Notes: generated from the letters alone by a model not told the origin. Positions 54,585 through 63,825 are shown, counted from the first letter of the stretch. The stretch is 64,000 nt of DNA from Opitutales bacterium (GCA_021772535.1 JAJFLV010000234.1:8483-72482), one strand, 5' to 3'. Numbers and translations are program-made.

Positions 54585-55543
54585 GCTTGAGTAGTAACTG
54601 GACGCATAAGGACTTTATCTCAATCGAAGATATCACCCGGGATGAGTTGGAAACCATTTTCAAGCTCGCCTCTTCATTCAAGCAAACGCTTGGCCGAACG
54701 CAAAAGAAACTCCCTTCATTACGCGGAAAGACCCTTGTCAATTTGTTCATGGAACCCAGCACGCGGACGCGGGTTTCCTTTGAAATCGCGGCTTCGCGTC
54801 TGAGCGCCGATTCCATTTTCATATCGACCACTGCAAGCAGCCTCGTGAAGGGGGAAACGCTGAGGGATACTGCTCGAAACATCGTCGCTCTCAACGCGGA
54901 CTTGCTGGTTATGCGGCACTCTGCCGCCGGTTCCGCTTATTACCTGAGCAAAATCATCGACATTCCGGTTATCAATGCGGGCGACGGTGCACACGCCCAC
55001 CCCACCCAGGCATTGCTGGATTGCTTTACTTTGAGGGAGCGCTGGGGCAGCGATTTTACCGGCAAAAAGGTATCCATTCTAGGGGATATCTTGTTCAGCC
55101 GGGTGGCCCGGTCGAACATCTTGGCTTTGCAAAAACTTGGGGCCAAGGTGACCTTGGTAGGCCCCTCCACCCTGGTTCCGGAGTATTTCAGCTCGATGGG
55201 GGTCGAGGTTTCCCACGACCTGAAGAGCGCCTTGGTCGACACGGATGCTCTCATGCTTCTGCGCATTCAACACGAAAGGCAAACCTCTACCCATTTCCCC
55301 TCCCTGGGAGAGTACACCAGCATGTTCGGCATCAATGCCATGCGGGCCTCGTGGCTCAAACCGGGAACCATCATCATGCATCCGGGACCTATCAACCGTG
55401 GGGTGGAAATCGACTCGAAACTGGCCGATTCGGAACAATCCGTGATTCTCGAACAGGTTACAAACGGCATCGTCTGCCGAATGGCGGTGCTTTACCTATG
55501 CGCCAGCGCCGTTCATCCGGTATCCAGTGAGGAGGTAATTTAA
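54581..55543 (+). CDS. pyrB: Aspartate carbamoyltransferase catalytic subunit (canonical, B. subtilis type)
   Basis: 320 aa. Motifs EPSTRTRVSFE, LVKGETLRDT, HAHPTQALLD, LRIQHERQ and MHPGPINRGVEI are present. Confidence 0.92.
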   Translation: MSLSSNWTHKDFISIEDITRDELETIFKLASSFKQTLGRTQKKLPSLRGKTLVNLFMEPSTRTRVSFEIAASRLSADSIFISTTASSLVKGETLRDTARNIVALNADLLVMRHSAAGSAYYLSKIIDIPVINAGDGAHAHPTQALLDCFTLRERWGSDFTGKKVSILGDILFSRVARSNILALQKLGAKVTLVGPSTLVPEYFSSMGVEVSHDLKSALVDTDALMLLRIQHERQTSTHFPSLGEYTSMFGINAMRASWLKPGTIIMHPGPINRGVEIDSKLADSEQSVILEQVTNGIVCRMAVLYLCASAVHPVSSEEVI

Positions 55544-56850
55544 TGAAAATGAACAATGTGCTTTGGATAAGCGGTGGTCGGGTAATCGACCCCGTAAATA
55601 AAAGAGATGGGACCGGTGACGTCTTCTCGGTCGATGGGAAAATCGTTGCGGATTTGAGCGATGAGCAGAAGAAGGAAGCCCAACGTATCGATGCAAGCGG
55701 AAAGGTGGTCAGTCCCGGTTTTGTCGATATCCATGTCCACCTGAGGGAACCGGGGCAAACGCACAAGGAAAACATTGCCAGCGGGACCCGCGCTGCGGCC
55801 GCCGGCGGGTTCACCACAGTCGTCTGCATGCCGAACACCTCCCCCCCGGCCGACAACGCTGGAACCATTCAGTACATCAAGGACGCCATCGCGCGCGAGG
55901 CGGTGGTTAATGTTTACCCAACCGGCTGCATCACAGTGGGACGCAAAGGCGAGATGCTGGCCCCCACCGGTTCTCTACAGAGGGCGGGGGTTATCGCCAT
56001 CACGGATGACGGCGACTGCGTGCAGAATACCGAGATCATGCGGCGGGCGGTCGAGTATGCCAAAATGTTCGATATTTGCGTGATGGACCATTGCCAGGAT
56101 ACCGCCCTGTCCGAAGGAGGCGTCCTGAACGAGGGCGTTAACTCGATCCGTTTCGGCCTGCGTGGCTGGCCCAACTCGGCGGAGGACATTATCGTATCGC
56201 GAGATGTCATACTGTCCTTCTACAGCGGCGCCCACATTCATTTGCAGCACATCACTTCGGCCTATTCAGTTGATATCATCCGGAGGGCCAAACAGCGGGG
56301 CATCCGCATCACCGCCGAAGCCTCACCGCATCATATTTCATTAACTGATGGCTGCTTGAAAACCTACGATGTTAATTTCAAAATGAATCCTCCCCTCCGC
56401 ACGGAGGAGGATCGCCAGGCATTAATCGGCGGATTGCTGGATGGCACCCTGGACTGCATCGCAACCGATCACGCTCCACACACAGATTATGAAAAGGATC
56501 GCGAATTCGATTACGCCCCCTTCGGGGTAATCGGGCTGGAAACAGCACTCCCGGTCTGCCTGCAAACCTTGGTGGAGGGAGGCCACTGCGACCTTTCTTT
56601 TCTCCTATCTCTTCTCACTCACAAGGCGGCCGCAATTCTGAAGTTGGACAAAGGCACACTGAGCCCTGGTTCCGATGCGGACATTACGATTTTTGATCCC
56701 GATCTGGAATGGACGGCAGATCCCGAAGAGTACCAGAGCCGTTCTGCAAATTCTCCCTGGAACGGGCAAAAACTCAAGGGCAAGGTAGTCCAGACCATAG
56801 TGGCTGGAAAGACTGTCTGGAGCCCCCTCTCTGAGGTGGCAGCAAATTGA
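55543..56850 (+). CDS. pyrC: Dihydroorotase
   Basis: 435 aa. Motifs PGFVDIHVHLREPG and IATDHAPH are present. A TAATG overlap links it to pyrB. Confidence 0.9.
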   Translation: MKMNNVLWISGGRVIDPVNKRDGTGDVFSVDGKIVADLSDEQKKEAQRIDASGKVVSPGFVDIHVHLREPGQTHKENIASGTRAAAAGGFTTVVCMPNTSPPADNAGTIQYIKDAIAREAVVNVYPTGCITVGRKGEMLAPTGSLQRAGVIAITDDGDCVQNTEIMRRAVEYAKMFDICVMDHCQDTALSEGGVLNEGVNSIRFGLRGWPNSAEDIIVSRDVILSFYSGAHIHLQHITSAYSVDIIRRAKQRGIRITAEASPHHISLTDGCLKTYDVNFKMNPPLRTEEDRQALIGGLLDGTLDCIATDHAPHTDYEKDREFDYAPFGVIGLETALPVCLQTLVEGGHCDLSFLLSLLTHKAAAILKLDKGTLSPGSDADITIFDPDLEWTADPEEYQSRSANSPWNGQKLKGKVVQTIVAGKTVWSPLSEVAAN

Positions 56851-57024
56851 ATCACGGGCGAGTCCCCGGGCCCGGGTGGGCTTGAGAAAAGCCTCTAGCC
56901 CTAGCAGATGAATTGGCCATGAAATGAAACCTATATTTTATTGAAAGATCCCCTCCCATCCATAAGTAAATTAATTGGCTTGCTTTGAATTATTGTCATA
57001 GACAAAATTTTCTTTTCAGGAAGG

Positions 57025-57051
57025 AGACGGCGAGAGCCGTCTTTGGTTTTT
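57025..57051 (+). terminator. Rho-independent terminator-like hairpin (or attenuator) between pyrC and the second transcarbamylase cluster
   Basis: AGACGGC-gaga-GCCGTCT (7-bp GC-rich stem, GNRA loop) followed by ttggttttt. It lies 175 nt after the pyrC stop and 65 nt before ATG 57117. Confidence 0.5.
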
Positions 57052-57116
57052 CAAAACACATAAGGTCAACTAAAAAACAAGAATAAGCATTCACCCATAA
57101 GAAAGAAAGGACACAC

Positions 57117-58073
57117 ATGAGAAGTTTTAAAGGCCGTGATATTCTATCGCTCAAAGGATTTGAGCGTCATGAATTCTTAAGAGTATTCGAGGTATGCGAC
57201 GAGCTGAGACCCCATGCAGCCAACCGCCGTAACTGCGATTTGCTGAAGGACAAAACCTTGCTGACGGCCTTTTACCAGCCGAGCACCCGCACCCGTCTGG
57301 CGACCGAAGCAGCGATGCACCGGCTGGGCGGGCATGTTCTCGGTTTTTCCGATGCCAAAATGACTCGCGCGGGAGACTTTTACATGGAATCGATAAAAGA
57401 CACCGTCAACATGCTGGAATACTACGGCGACGTAATCGCAATGCGCCACTACCTGCAAGGCGCTCCCCATGAAGCGGCCAAACACGCCTCGGTCCCCGTC
57501 ATCAATTGCGGCGATGGCTGGGGCGAGCACCCTACCCAGGTGCTGACCGATCTTTACACCATCTACAAGGAAAAGGGCACTCTGGACGGACTGAAAATGC
57601 TCTGTGTAGGCGACATGCGCATGCGCACCATGCACTCCATCCTCTACGCTCTTTCCCAGTTCGATATCGAGGCTTTTGTCGTCGGCCCGCCGGAAATGTC
57701 TTTACTGGATGATTTCAAAGCGGAAATTGACGAACGCAATGTGCAATACAGGGAGGTGGAAACTGCGGAAGAAGTCATCGACCAGGCAGATGTCATTTAC
57801 ATGGAGCCAGTGGTGCAGGCCGATTATACCAAATCCCGGGATGAATCCGGCGAAGAAAAAGGAGTAACCCCGGCAGCCTACAAGGTTACCCGGGAAATGA
57901 TGCGCAATAAAGGAAAGAGCGACGCCATTATACTGCACTCCTTGCCCCGGATGGATGAACTCCCATCAGATGTGGACTCCACCCGCCACCAGCGTTACTG
58001 GGTGGAGGCCTTCAACGGCGTAGTCATGCGCATGGCCCTGCTGGCCCTGGTTCTGGGAGCGGTCGAGGGTTGA
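57117..58073 (+). CDS. ATCase-like transcarbamylase paralog (E. coli PyrB-type fold) with a non-canonical second-substrate site
   Basis: 318 aa. The carbamoyl-phosphate site is conserved (QPSTRTRLATE, GEHPTQVL, HSLPRMDE). Residues that bind aspartate in ATCase are not conserved in my by-eye alignment: KKGET becomes DFYME, and TRVQKER becomes EPVVQAD. Confidence 0.75.
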   Translation: MRSFKGRDILSLKGFERHEFLRVFEVCDELRPHAANRRNCDLLKDKTLLTAFYQPSTRTRLATEAAMHRLGGHVLGFSDAKMTRAGDFYMESIKDTVNMLEYYGDVIAMRHYLQGAPHEAAKHASVPVINCGDGWGEHPTQVLTDLYTIYKEKGTLDGLKMLCVGDMRMRTMHSILYALSQFDIEAFVVGPPEMSLLDDFKAEIDERNVQYREVETAEEVIDQADVIYMEPVVQADYTKSRDESGEEKGVTPAAYKVTREMMRNKGKSDAIILHSLPRMDELPSDVDSTRHQRYWVEAFNGVVMRMALLALVLGAVEG

Positions 58074-58116
58074 ATTTAAACACAAACAAGAAAAACCAAG
58101 AGAAAGAACCAAACTA

Positions 58117-59094
58117 ATGCAGACTTATCTTAGGGGTCGTGACATGATCACGACCCAGGAATGGACAAAAGAGGAAATCGATACCGTCATGGATGTGGCC
58201 ATGGAGCTGAAAAGAAACAGGGCTCTGGGGCTGCCCCATGCCTACCTGCGGGACAAGGTGTTGACCATGCTCTTCTTTTTCTCCAGCACGCGGACACGGG
58301 CCTCCTTCGAGGCGGGCATAGCCCAGCTCGGTGGCCATGGCATGTTTTTAGCCAGCTCCGCCACCCAAATCTCCCACGGCGACACCACCAAGGAGATCGG
58401 TGAAATTCTGGGCCGCTACACCGATGGATTGGCCATCCGCCATTGCGATTGGGGAGTGGGCACGCAATATCTGCGCTGGGCAGCAGAAGCCAGCCGCGTT
58501 CCGGTTCTCAACATGCAATGCGAAACCTATCACCCTTTTCAGATTCTGGCCGACCTACAGACGATCATGGAAAAGAAGGGTGATCCACGGGGCAAAACGA
58601 TTACGGTTAGCTGGGCCTATGCGGCCAGTTACCAAAAACCGATGAGCGTTCCCCAAAGCCTCATTCTACTCATGACCCGCTATGGAATGAACGTGCGGCT
58701 GGTGCACCCACCGGAGTTCAAGCTCATGCCACATATCGTGGAACAAGCCCAGGAAAACGCCCGTAAGCATCACGGCAGCCTGGAACTGATGGACGATTTT
58801 GAAGCCGGCATCAAAGGAACCGATGTCGTCTATGCGAAAAGCTGGGGCGCTATGAATACCACCACCGATGATGAGGAAGGCGCTCGGATCATCGACAAAT
58901 ACAAGGACTGGATCACGGACGAGCGCCGCATGGCAATGGCCGATCGGGACGCCATTTACATGCACCCTCTTCCCGCCGACAGAAACGTGGAAGTGAGCGA
59001 TGGCGTCATCGACGGGCCTCAATCGGTGGTCTTCGACCAGGCGGAGAATCGCCTGCATGCGCAAAAGGCAGTTATGGCCCTGACCATGAACTAG
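58117..59094 (+). CDS. YgeW-like (knotted) carbamoyltransferase, short form
   Basis: 325 aa. It shows FSSTRTRASFE and QISHGDTTKEIGEIL. The segment KTITVSWAYAASYQKPMSVPQSLILLMTRYGMNVRLVHP matches, as I recall it, E. coli YgeW KKIAMTWAYSPSYGKPLSVPQGIIGLMTRFGMDVTLAHP. It also has MHPLPADRN, and HPFQ in place of the HPTQ motif. Confidence 0.7.
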   Translation: MQTYLRGRDMITTQEWTKEEIDTVMDVAMELKRNRALGLPHAYLRDKVLTMLFFFSSTRTRASFEAGIAQLGGHGMFLASSATQISHGDTTKEIGEILGRYTDGLAIRHCDWGVGTQYLRWAAEASRVPVLNMQCETYHPFQILADLQTIMEKKGDPRGKTITVSWAYAASYQKPMSVPQSLILLMTRYGMNVRLVHPPEFKLMPHIVEQAQENARKHHGSLELMDDFEAGIKGTDVVYAKSWGAMNTTTDDEEGARIIDKYKDWITDERRMAMADRDAIYMHPLPADRNVEVSDGVIDGPQSVVFDQAENRLHAQKAVMALTMN

Positions 59095-59262
59095 GGAAAA
59101 TTTTTGCGGGACTTGGATGGGTCGGAAATTTGCCTTCCCGAAGTATTACGGGATCGGGGCAAATATTCGATCCATTCCTTTTCCCATTAATCAATTCCAA
59201 GAAACAGGGATATTGGGAAATTCGGTATTTTTAAAGACAATCAATAAAAAAAGGAGGCAATC

Positions 59263-60210
59263 ATGGCCAAAAAAATCGCAGTTGTGGCAATCGGTGGTAA
59301 TTCGCTGATTAAGGATAAAATTCACCAAACCGTCCGGGATCAATACATCGCGGCTACAGAAACCTGCGAGCACATCGTTTCCATGATCAAGAGTGGATGG
59401 GATGTCGTCATCGGGCACGGCAACGGCCCCCAGGTTGGTTTCATGCTGCGCCGTTCGGAACTGGCGCTGCACGAACTGCACGAAGTGCCTCTGGAGGTGT
59501 GCGGGGCCAACAGCCAGGGCGCCATTGGCTATGCGCTCCAACAAAACCTCTTTAATGAATTCAAGGAATTGGGTATCGACAAAAAAGCCGTCACTGTAGT
59601 GACCCAAGTGGAGGTATCGCGGAACGATCCCGGATTTCAAGATCCTTCTAAACCGATTGGTTCGTTTATGGACGAAGAGGATGCCGAGAGGCGCCGCGAA
59701 ATTGACGGATGGAACGTGGTAGAAGACGCCGGACGAGGCTGGAGGCGGGTGGTAGCTTCACCCATACCCATCCGTATCGTAGAGGTGGAGGCGATCAAGA
59801 GCCTGATCGAAAATGGGTTCGTGGTTATAGCGGCAGGAGGAGGAGGCATCCCGGTGGTGGCCGATGAGGAGGGTAATCTCGTTGGAATAGCCGCCGTCAT
59901 CGATAAGGACCATGCCAGCGCGCTGTTAGCCAGGGAAATAGGGGCGGAACTCTTTATTGTCAGCACGGCGGTGGAAAAAGTGGCCCTGAACTTCGGCAAA
60001 CCGAACCAGCAATGGATTGATCGCATGACCTTGGTCGAGGCCAAACAATACCTGGCGGAGGGGACCCACTTTGCCGGTGGCAGTATGGCCCCGAAAATTG
60101 AGGCGGTTATCAATTTTCTGGAAGGGGGCGGCAAAGAAGCCATCATTACCGACCCGGAAAACCTGGAACGGGCTATGAAGGGTGAGACCGGCACCCGCAT
60201 CGTGCGTTAA
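59263..60210 (+). CDS. arcC: Carbamate kinase
   Basis: 315 aa. Motifs KKIAVVAIGGNSL, VIGHGNGPQVG and AAGGGGIPVV are present, with the size and C-terminus typical of ArcC/YqeA. Confidence 0.9.
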   Translation: MAKKIAVVAIGGNSLIKDKIHQTVRDQYIAATETCEHIVSMIKSGWDVVIGHGNGPQVGFMLRRSELALHELHEVPLEVCGANSQGAIGYALQQNLFNEFKELGIDKKAVTVVTQVEVSRNDPGFQDPSKPIGSFMDEEDAERRREIDGWNVVEDAGRGWRRVVASPIPIRIVEVEAIKSLIENGFVVIAAGGGGIPVVADEEGNLVGIAAVIDKDHASALLAREIGAELFIVSTAVEKVALNFGKPNQQWIDRMTLVEAKQYLAEGTHFAGGSMAPKIEAVINFLEGGGKEAIITDPENLERAMKGETGTRIVR

Positions 60211-60232
60211 CTGGATTCATCTACCTGGCTTT

Positions 60233-61591
60233 TTATTTTTCAGGGAACAACTCGGCCAAAGCCAAGCGAGCCCTCTCCAACGCCTCTGGGGGCAAGGCTA
60301 TTCGCTCTGCATCAAAATCTTGCGGAATGGTCGCATCGATCCCCAATTTGGCCGACATGCCTTCGACAGATGAAGGATCGAGCCGGTTGCAGAATACTTT
60401 GGGCACGACAAACATGTCGGTATCCGCCTGAAAACGGGTGGCCAGGGCAAAGAGGATATCCTCTTCGTTGTAAATATCGATATCTTCATCCACGGCGATA
60501 GCCAGCTTGAGATAGGAATCCAAACCAAAGAGGAGCATTAGGGCATGCCTGGCCTGGCCCTCCACTCTTTTTTTAAGTGAAATATAGGCATGAAAATGTG
60601 TCCCCGATTTGGGATAATTGAGGGCCTTGACATCGGGCACAACCTCCCGCAAGCGCTCGAATACATGGGCTTCCTTGGCGCAACGGCCAAGTAAAAGATG
60701 TTCGCTCGAATTGCCTGGAATGATGTCCAGATAAATGGGCTCCCGACGCCGGGTAACGGCTTTGACCATGAAAATATTGCGCGTGGAGCGGTAGGTCGAG
60801 TAACCGGTGTATTCCCCGTAGGGGCCTTCATCCTCGGTGGCATTTGCCAAAAGCTCACCCTCTATGACAATCTCGGCTGAAGCCGGAACCTCCATGTCGA
60901 TGGTACGGCATTTTACCAAATCGATTGGTTTTCCGAGAAGTCCCCCCGCGATGTCCAATTCGTCCACTTCCATGGCCACCTTGGCGGCGGCCGCCAGGTA
61001 AATGGCTGGATGGGCCCCGATGACCACTGCCACCTCGAGATTTTTGCCCTTGTTTTGTGAGCGAATCAGATGATCCCAAATATGCCCCCGTGAATGCAGG
61101 CTGGCCCCGAACCGGTCCCTGCCTTTCATCTGCAGGCGCTGGAAGCTGAGATTACGCACTCCGGTGTCCGGGTCCTTGCACATTAATATACCCGAGCCGA
61201 TGTAACGTCCGGCATCGGCCTGGAAATGGCGGCTGATGGGAAGGGTTTCTACATCCACCTCGTCACCGGTAAAAACCACTTCCTGCACCGGGCCAGAATC
61301 GACAATTCGGGGCGCTATCGGGTTATTCTCCGCCCGCAGCCAAGCCTGGTTGAAACCGGCAGCATCGGGCGCTCCTGCGATGCGGGCAATTCGGTCGCGG
61401 TGGGCAAAGATATTGGCCACCACCGGCATGTCGAAGCCATTTGGTTTTTCAAACCACAGCATCGGGAATTTTTGCTCTTTCTCCAGTTCGAGAGCCAAAG
61501 CCGTGGGGGTATAATCCATCTCCATGGGGTTTTTGAAGCGGAGGATCTCCTCTTCCGGCAATGAGTCGAGAAATGTTCTCAGGGAAGCCAT
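60233..61591 (-). CDS. UbiD-family (prenyl-FMN-dependent) decarboxylase
   Basis: 452 aa with a UbiD-like N-terminus (LRTFLDSLPEEEILRFKNPMEMDYTPTALA). It lies 14 nt downstream of ubiX. Confidence 0.8.
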   Translation of the reverse strand: MASLRTFLDSLPEEEILRFKNPMEMDYTPTALALELEKEQKFPMLWFEKPNGFDMPVVANIFAHRDRIARIAGAPDAAGFNQAWLRAENNPIAPRIVDSGPVQEVVFTGDEVDVETLPISRHFQADAGRYIGSGILMCKDPDTGVRNLSFQRLQMKGRDRFGASLHSRGHIWDHLIRSQNKGKNLEVAVVIGAHPAIYLAAAAKVAMEVDELDIAGGLLGKPIDLVKCRTIDMEVPASAEIVIEGELLANATEDEGPYGEYTGYSTYRSTRNIFMVKAVTRRREPIYLDIIPGNSSEHLLLGRCAKEAHVFERLREVVPDVKALNYPKSGTHFHAYISLKKRVEGQARHALMLLFGLDSYLKLAIAVDEDIDIYNEEDILFALATRFQADTDMFVVPKVFCNRLDPSSVEGMSAKLGIDATIPQDFDAERIALPPEALERARLALAELFPEK

Positions 61592-61605
61592 TAATCAGTA
61601 TTCCT

Positions 61606-62202
61606 TTATGATTCGGTTTTATCGGACCGTTCGGGACCTTGCCAGCGCTCGAACAAATCCTCGTTCAATTCTATATCCAGCAAATCGAGGGCGCGGTTGA
61701 GAGTCTGGTTGATGATGTCGTCCAGCCCTTTCGGACGGTGGTAAAAAGCTGGCACCGGCGGCATGATGATGGCTCCCAGTTCGGCCGCCCGTTTCATGTT
61801 TTCAAGGTGTCCCCGATGCAAGGGGGTTTCCCGAACAAGAAGAAGTAATTTCCGCTGATCTTTCAAAATCACATCCGCAGCCCGCAAGATCAAATTATCG
61901 CTGGTCGAATAAGCGATCCCGGAGAGAGTTCGGATTGAGCAAGGCGCAACAATCATGCCATGTGTTTTAAAAGAACCGGAGCAGATATTGGCAGCGATAT
62001 CTCCAAAGGAACCCACCTCATCGGCCAGCTCTTCCACTCGTGCAATGGAATAATCGGTCTCCAACAGCACGGTGCGTTTACCGGCATTGCTCAATACCAG
62101 GTAGGTTTTCACTCCCTCCACCTCCCGCAATATTTCCAGAAGCCGAACGCCGTAAATAACGCCGCTGGCACCGGTAATGCCGATAATCAGTCGTTTAGTC
62201 AT
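61606..62202 (-). CDS. ubiX: Flavin prenyltransferase UbiX
   Basis: The track ORF starts at TTG 62247. The ATG at 62202 gives MTKRLIIGITGASGVIYGVRLLE, a typical UbiX start. The motif ...APCSIRTLSGIAYS... is present. Confidence 0.88.
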   Translation of the reverse strand: MTKRLIIGITGASGVIYGVRLLEILREVEGVKTYLVLSNAGKRTVLLETDYSIARVEELADEVGSFGDIAANICSGSFKTHGMIVAPCSIRTLSGIAYSTSDNLILRAADVILKDQRKLLLLVRETPLHRGHLENMKRAAELGAIIMPPVPAFYHRPKGLDDIINQTLNRALDLLDIELNEDLFERWQGPERSDKTES

Positions 62203-62271
62203 GATCCTACGCTGCCTCTTTATTAATAAATTCAGCTTCTCCTGCAAGGGAACAACAACTCGCCCTTCTTT

Positions 62272-63801
62272 TCATTTTTCCACTAGATCCTTCCCTGATT
62301 TTCCGGCCATCAGCAATCCGATTTCTTCGATACGATCCCTGGAAGCGCGTATTTGGCCAACGATCCGGCCTTCGAAAAAAACCAGCAAGCGGTCGCTCAG
62401 GGCGATTAATTCCTCCAGATCGGAGGAGATCAGCAAAACGGCGGCCCCGGCATCCCTTTGCGCTGCAATTTGCCGGCGCACGAACTCGGTTGCACCGATG
62501 TCGATCCCCCGTGTCGGTTCATTGACCAGAAGAAGGCGAGGTTTCCGGTGCAGCTCCCGCGCAATGACCACCTTTTGCTGGTTTCCTCCCGAAAGATTGA
62601 CGATTTCATCGTCCACCCCGCCAAGGCGGACATCGTATTGACGTACAAGATCCATGGCATGACTCTTGATCATTTTGTAGCGAAGAAACCCATTCCGGGC
62701 AAAGGGAGGATGGTCGAATTCGTGCAAAACAAAGTTTTCCGCCACCGAAAAGGGGAGGACAACTCCCATGCGGTGTCGATCCTCCGGCACATGGGCGAGT
62801 CCAAGACAGCTTAATTTTCGAGGAGAAAGATTCGTCGCCACAGAACCATCAAGATGAATTTCCCCGCCCGCCACCGGCATTAACCCGGCCAAGGCCAGGG
62901 CCAACTCGCTCTGCCCATTGCCAGAGACACCGGCCACGCCGACGATTTCACCGCTTCGCACCTCCAGGGACACCTCCCTCACTGCCGGCAAATCGCGCTC
63001 ATCATTGACGAAAAGATTTTTCACAGACAGGACATTCTCTCCTTTTGGCCCCTCTCTGGGTGGAGGTTCGAGGAGAACTTCACGCCCTACCATAAGCTTG
63101 GCTAACATGCGCGGGCTGGCCTTGGCGGTGACAACAGTGGCGACTTCCCGGCCATCACGCAATACCGTTACACGATCACTCACCTGCATGACCTCATCGA
63201 GCTTGTGGGTGATAAAAATAACGGTAAGACCCCGCCCGGCCATCTCCTTGAGAAAAACCAGTAACCGGTCCGTTTCCTGCGGTGTGAGTACCGCTGTGGG
63301 CTCATCGAGGATCAGAAGATCAACCCCATGATACAAGGTCTTTAAAATTTCAACCCGCTGTTGCTCACCCACGGATAAGGTATGGATTAGCGCTTTCGGA
63401 TCGATTTTTAAACCAAATTCCCTGCTTAGTTTTTCAATTTTCTCCTCCACTCGGTCCATGTGCCGAAGGATTTTCCAGGGCGGGTATTGACCGAGGATGA
63501 TATTTTCCGCCACGGTGAGAGTAGGAACCAGCATGAAATGCTGATGGACCATACCGATTCTCCGCTTGATGGCATCCTTGGGGGACCGCAGGTCAAGGTG
63601 TTCTCCATTGTAGATGACCTGCCCCGAGTCAGGTTGATGAAGTCCGTAAACGATGCTCATGAGGACTGTCTTACCGGCCCCGTTTTCGCCCAGCAGGCAA
63701 TGGATTTCACCTTTCCTGATTTCGAGACTGACACCGCGGTTGGCCCTGACGCCGGGAAAGGTTTTTACTATTTTATCCAGTTTGAGGAGCGTTTCACTCA
63801 T
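62272..63801 (-). CDS. ABC importer ATP-binding protein with tandem ATPase domains (CUT2 sugar/nucleoside type)
   Basis: 509 aa. Walker A motifs GENGAGKT and GVSGNGQS, signatures LSVGEQQRVEI and LSGGNQQKVVIA, Walker B motifs LLILDEPT and LLLVNEPTRGID, and MVHQHFMLV. Confidence 0.88.
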   Translation of the reverse strand: MSETLLKLDKIVKTFPGVRANRGVSLEIRKGEIHCLLGENGAGKTVLMSIVYGLHQPDSGQVIYNGEHLDLRSPKDAIKRRIGMVHQHFMLVPTLTVAENIILGQYPPWKILRHMDRVEEKIEKLSREFGLKIDPKALIHTLSVGEQQRVEILKTLYHGVDLLILDEPTAVLTPQETDRLLVFLKEMAGRGLTVIFITHKLDEVMQVSDRVTVLRDGREVATVVTAKASPRMLAKLMVGREVLLEPPPREGPKGENVLSVKNLFVNDERDLPAVREVSLEVRSGEIVGVAGVSGNGQSELALALAGLMPVAGGEIHLDGSVATNLSPRKLSCLGLAHVPEDRHRMGVVLPFSVAENFVLHEFDHPPFARNGFLRYKMIKSHAMDLVRQYDVRLGGVDDEIVNLSGGNQQKVVIARELHRKPRLLLVNEPTRGIDIGATEFVRRQIAAQRDAGAAVLLISSDLEELIALSDRLLVFFEGRIVGQIRASRDRIEEIGLLMAGKSGKDLVEK

Positions 63802-63825
63802 ATCCTATCAAACGATCATTCAAAA

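Noticed and set aside
57177-60200. Minus-strand ORFs 57177-57635, 58666-59064, 59191-59640 and 59637-60200 (130-190 aa).
   Set aside because: They are antisense to the strongly supported transcarbamylase and carbamate kinase genes. Their translations are Arg/Ala/Ser/Pro-rich with no motifs.
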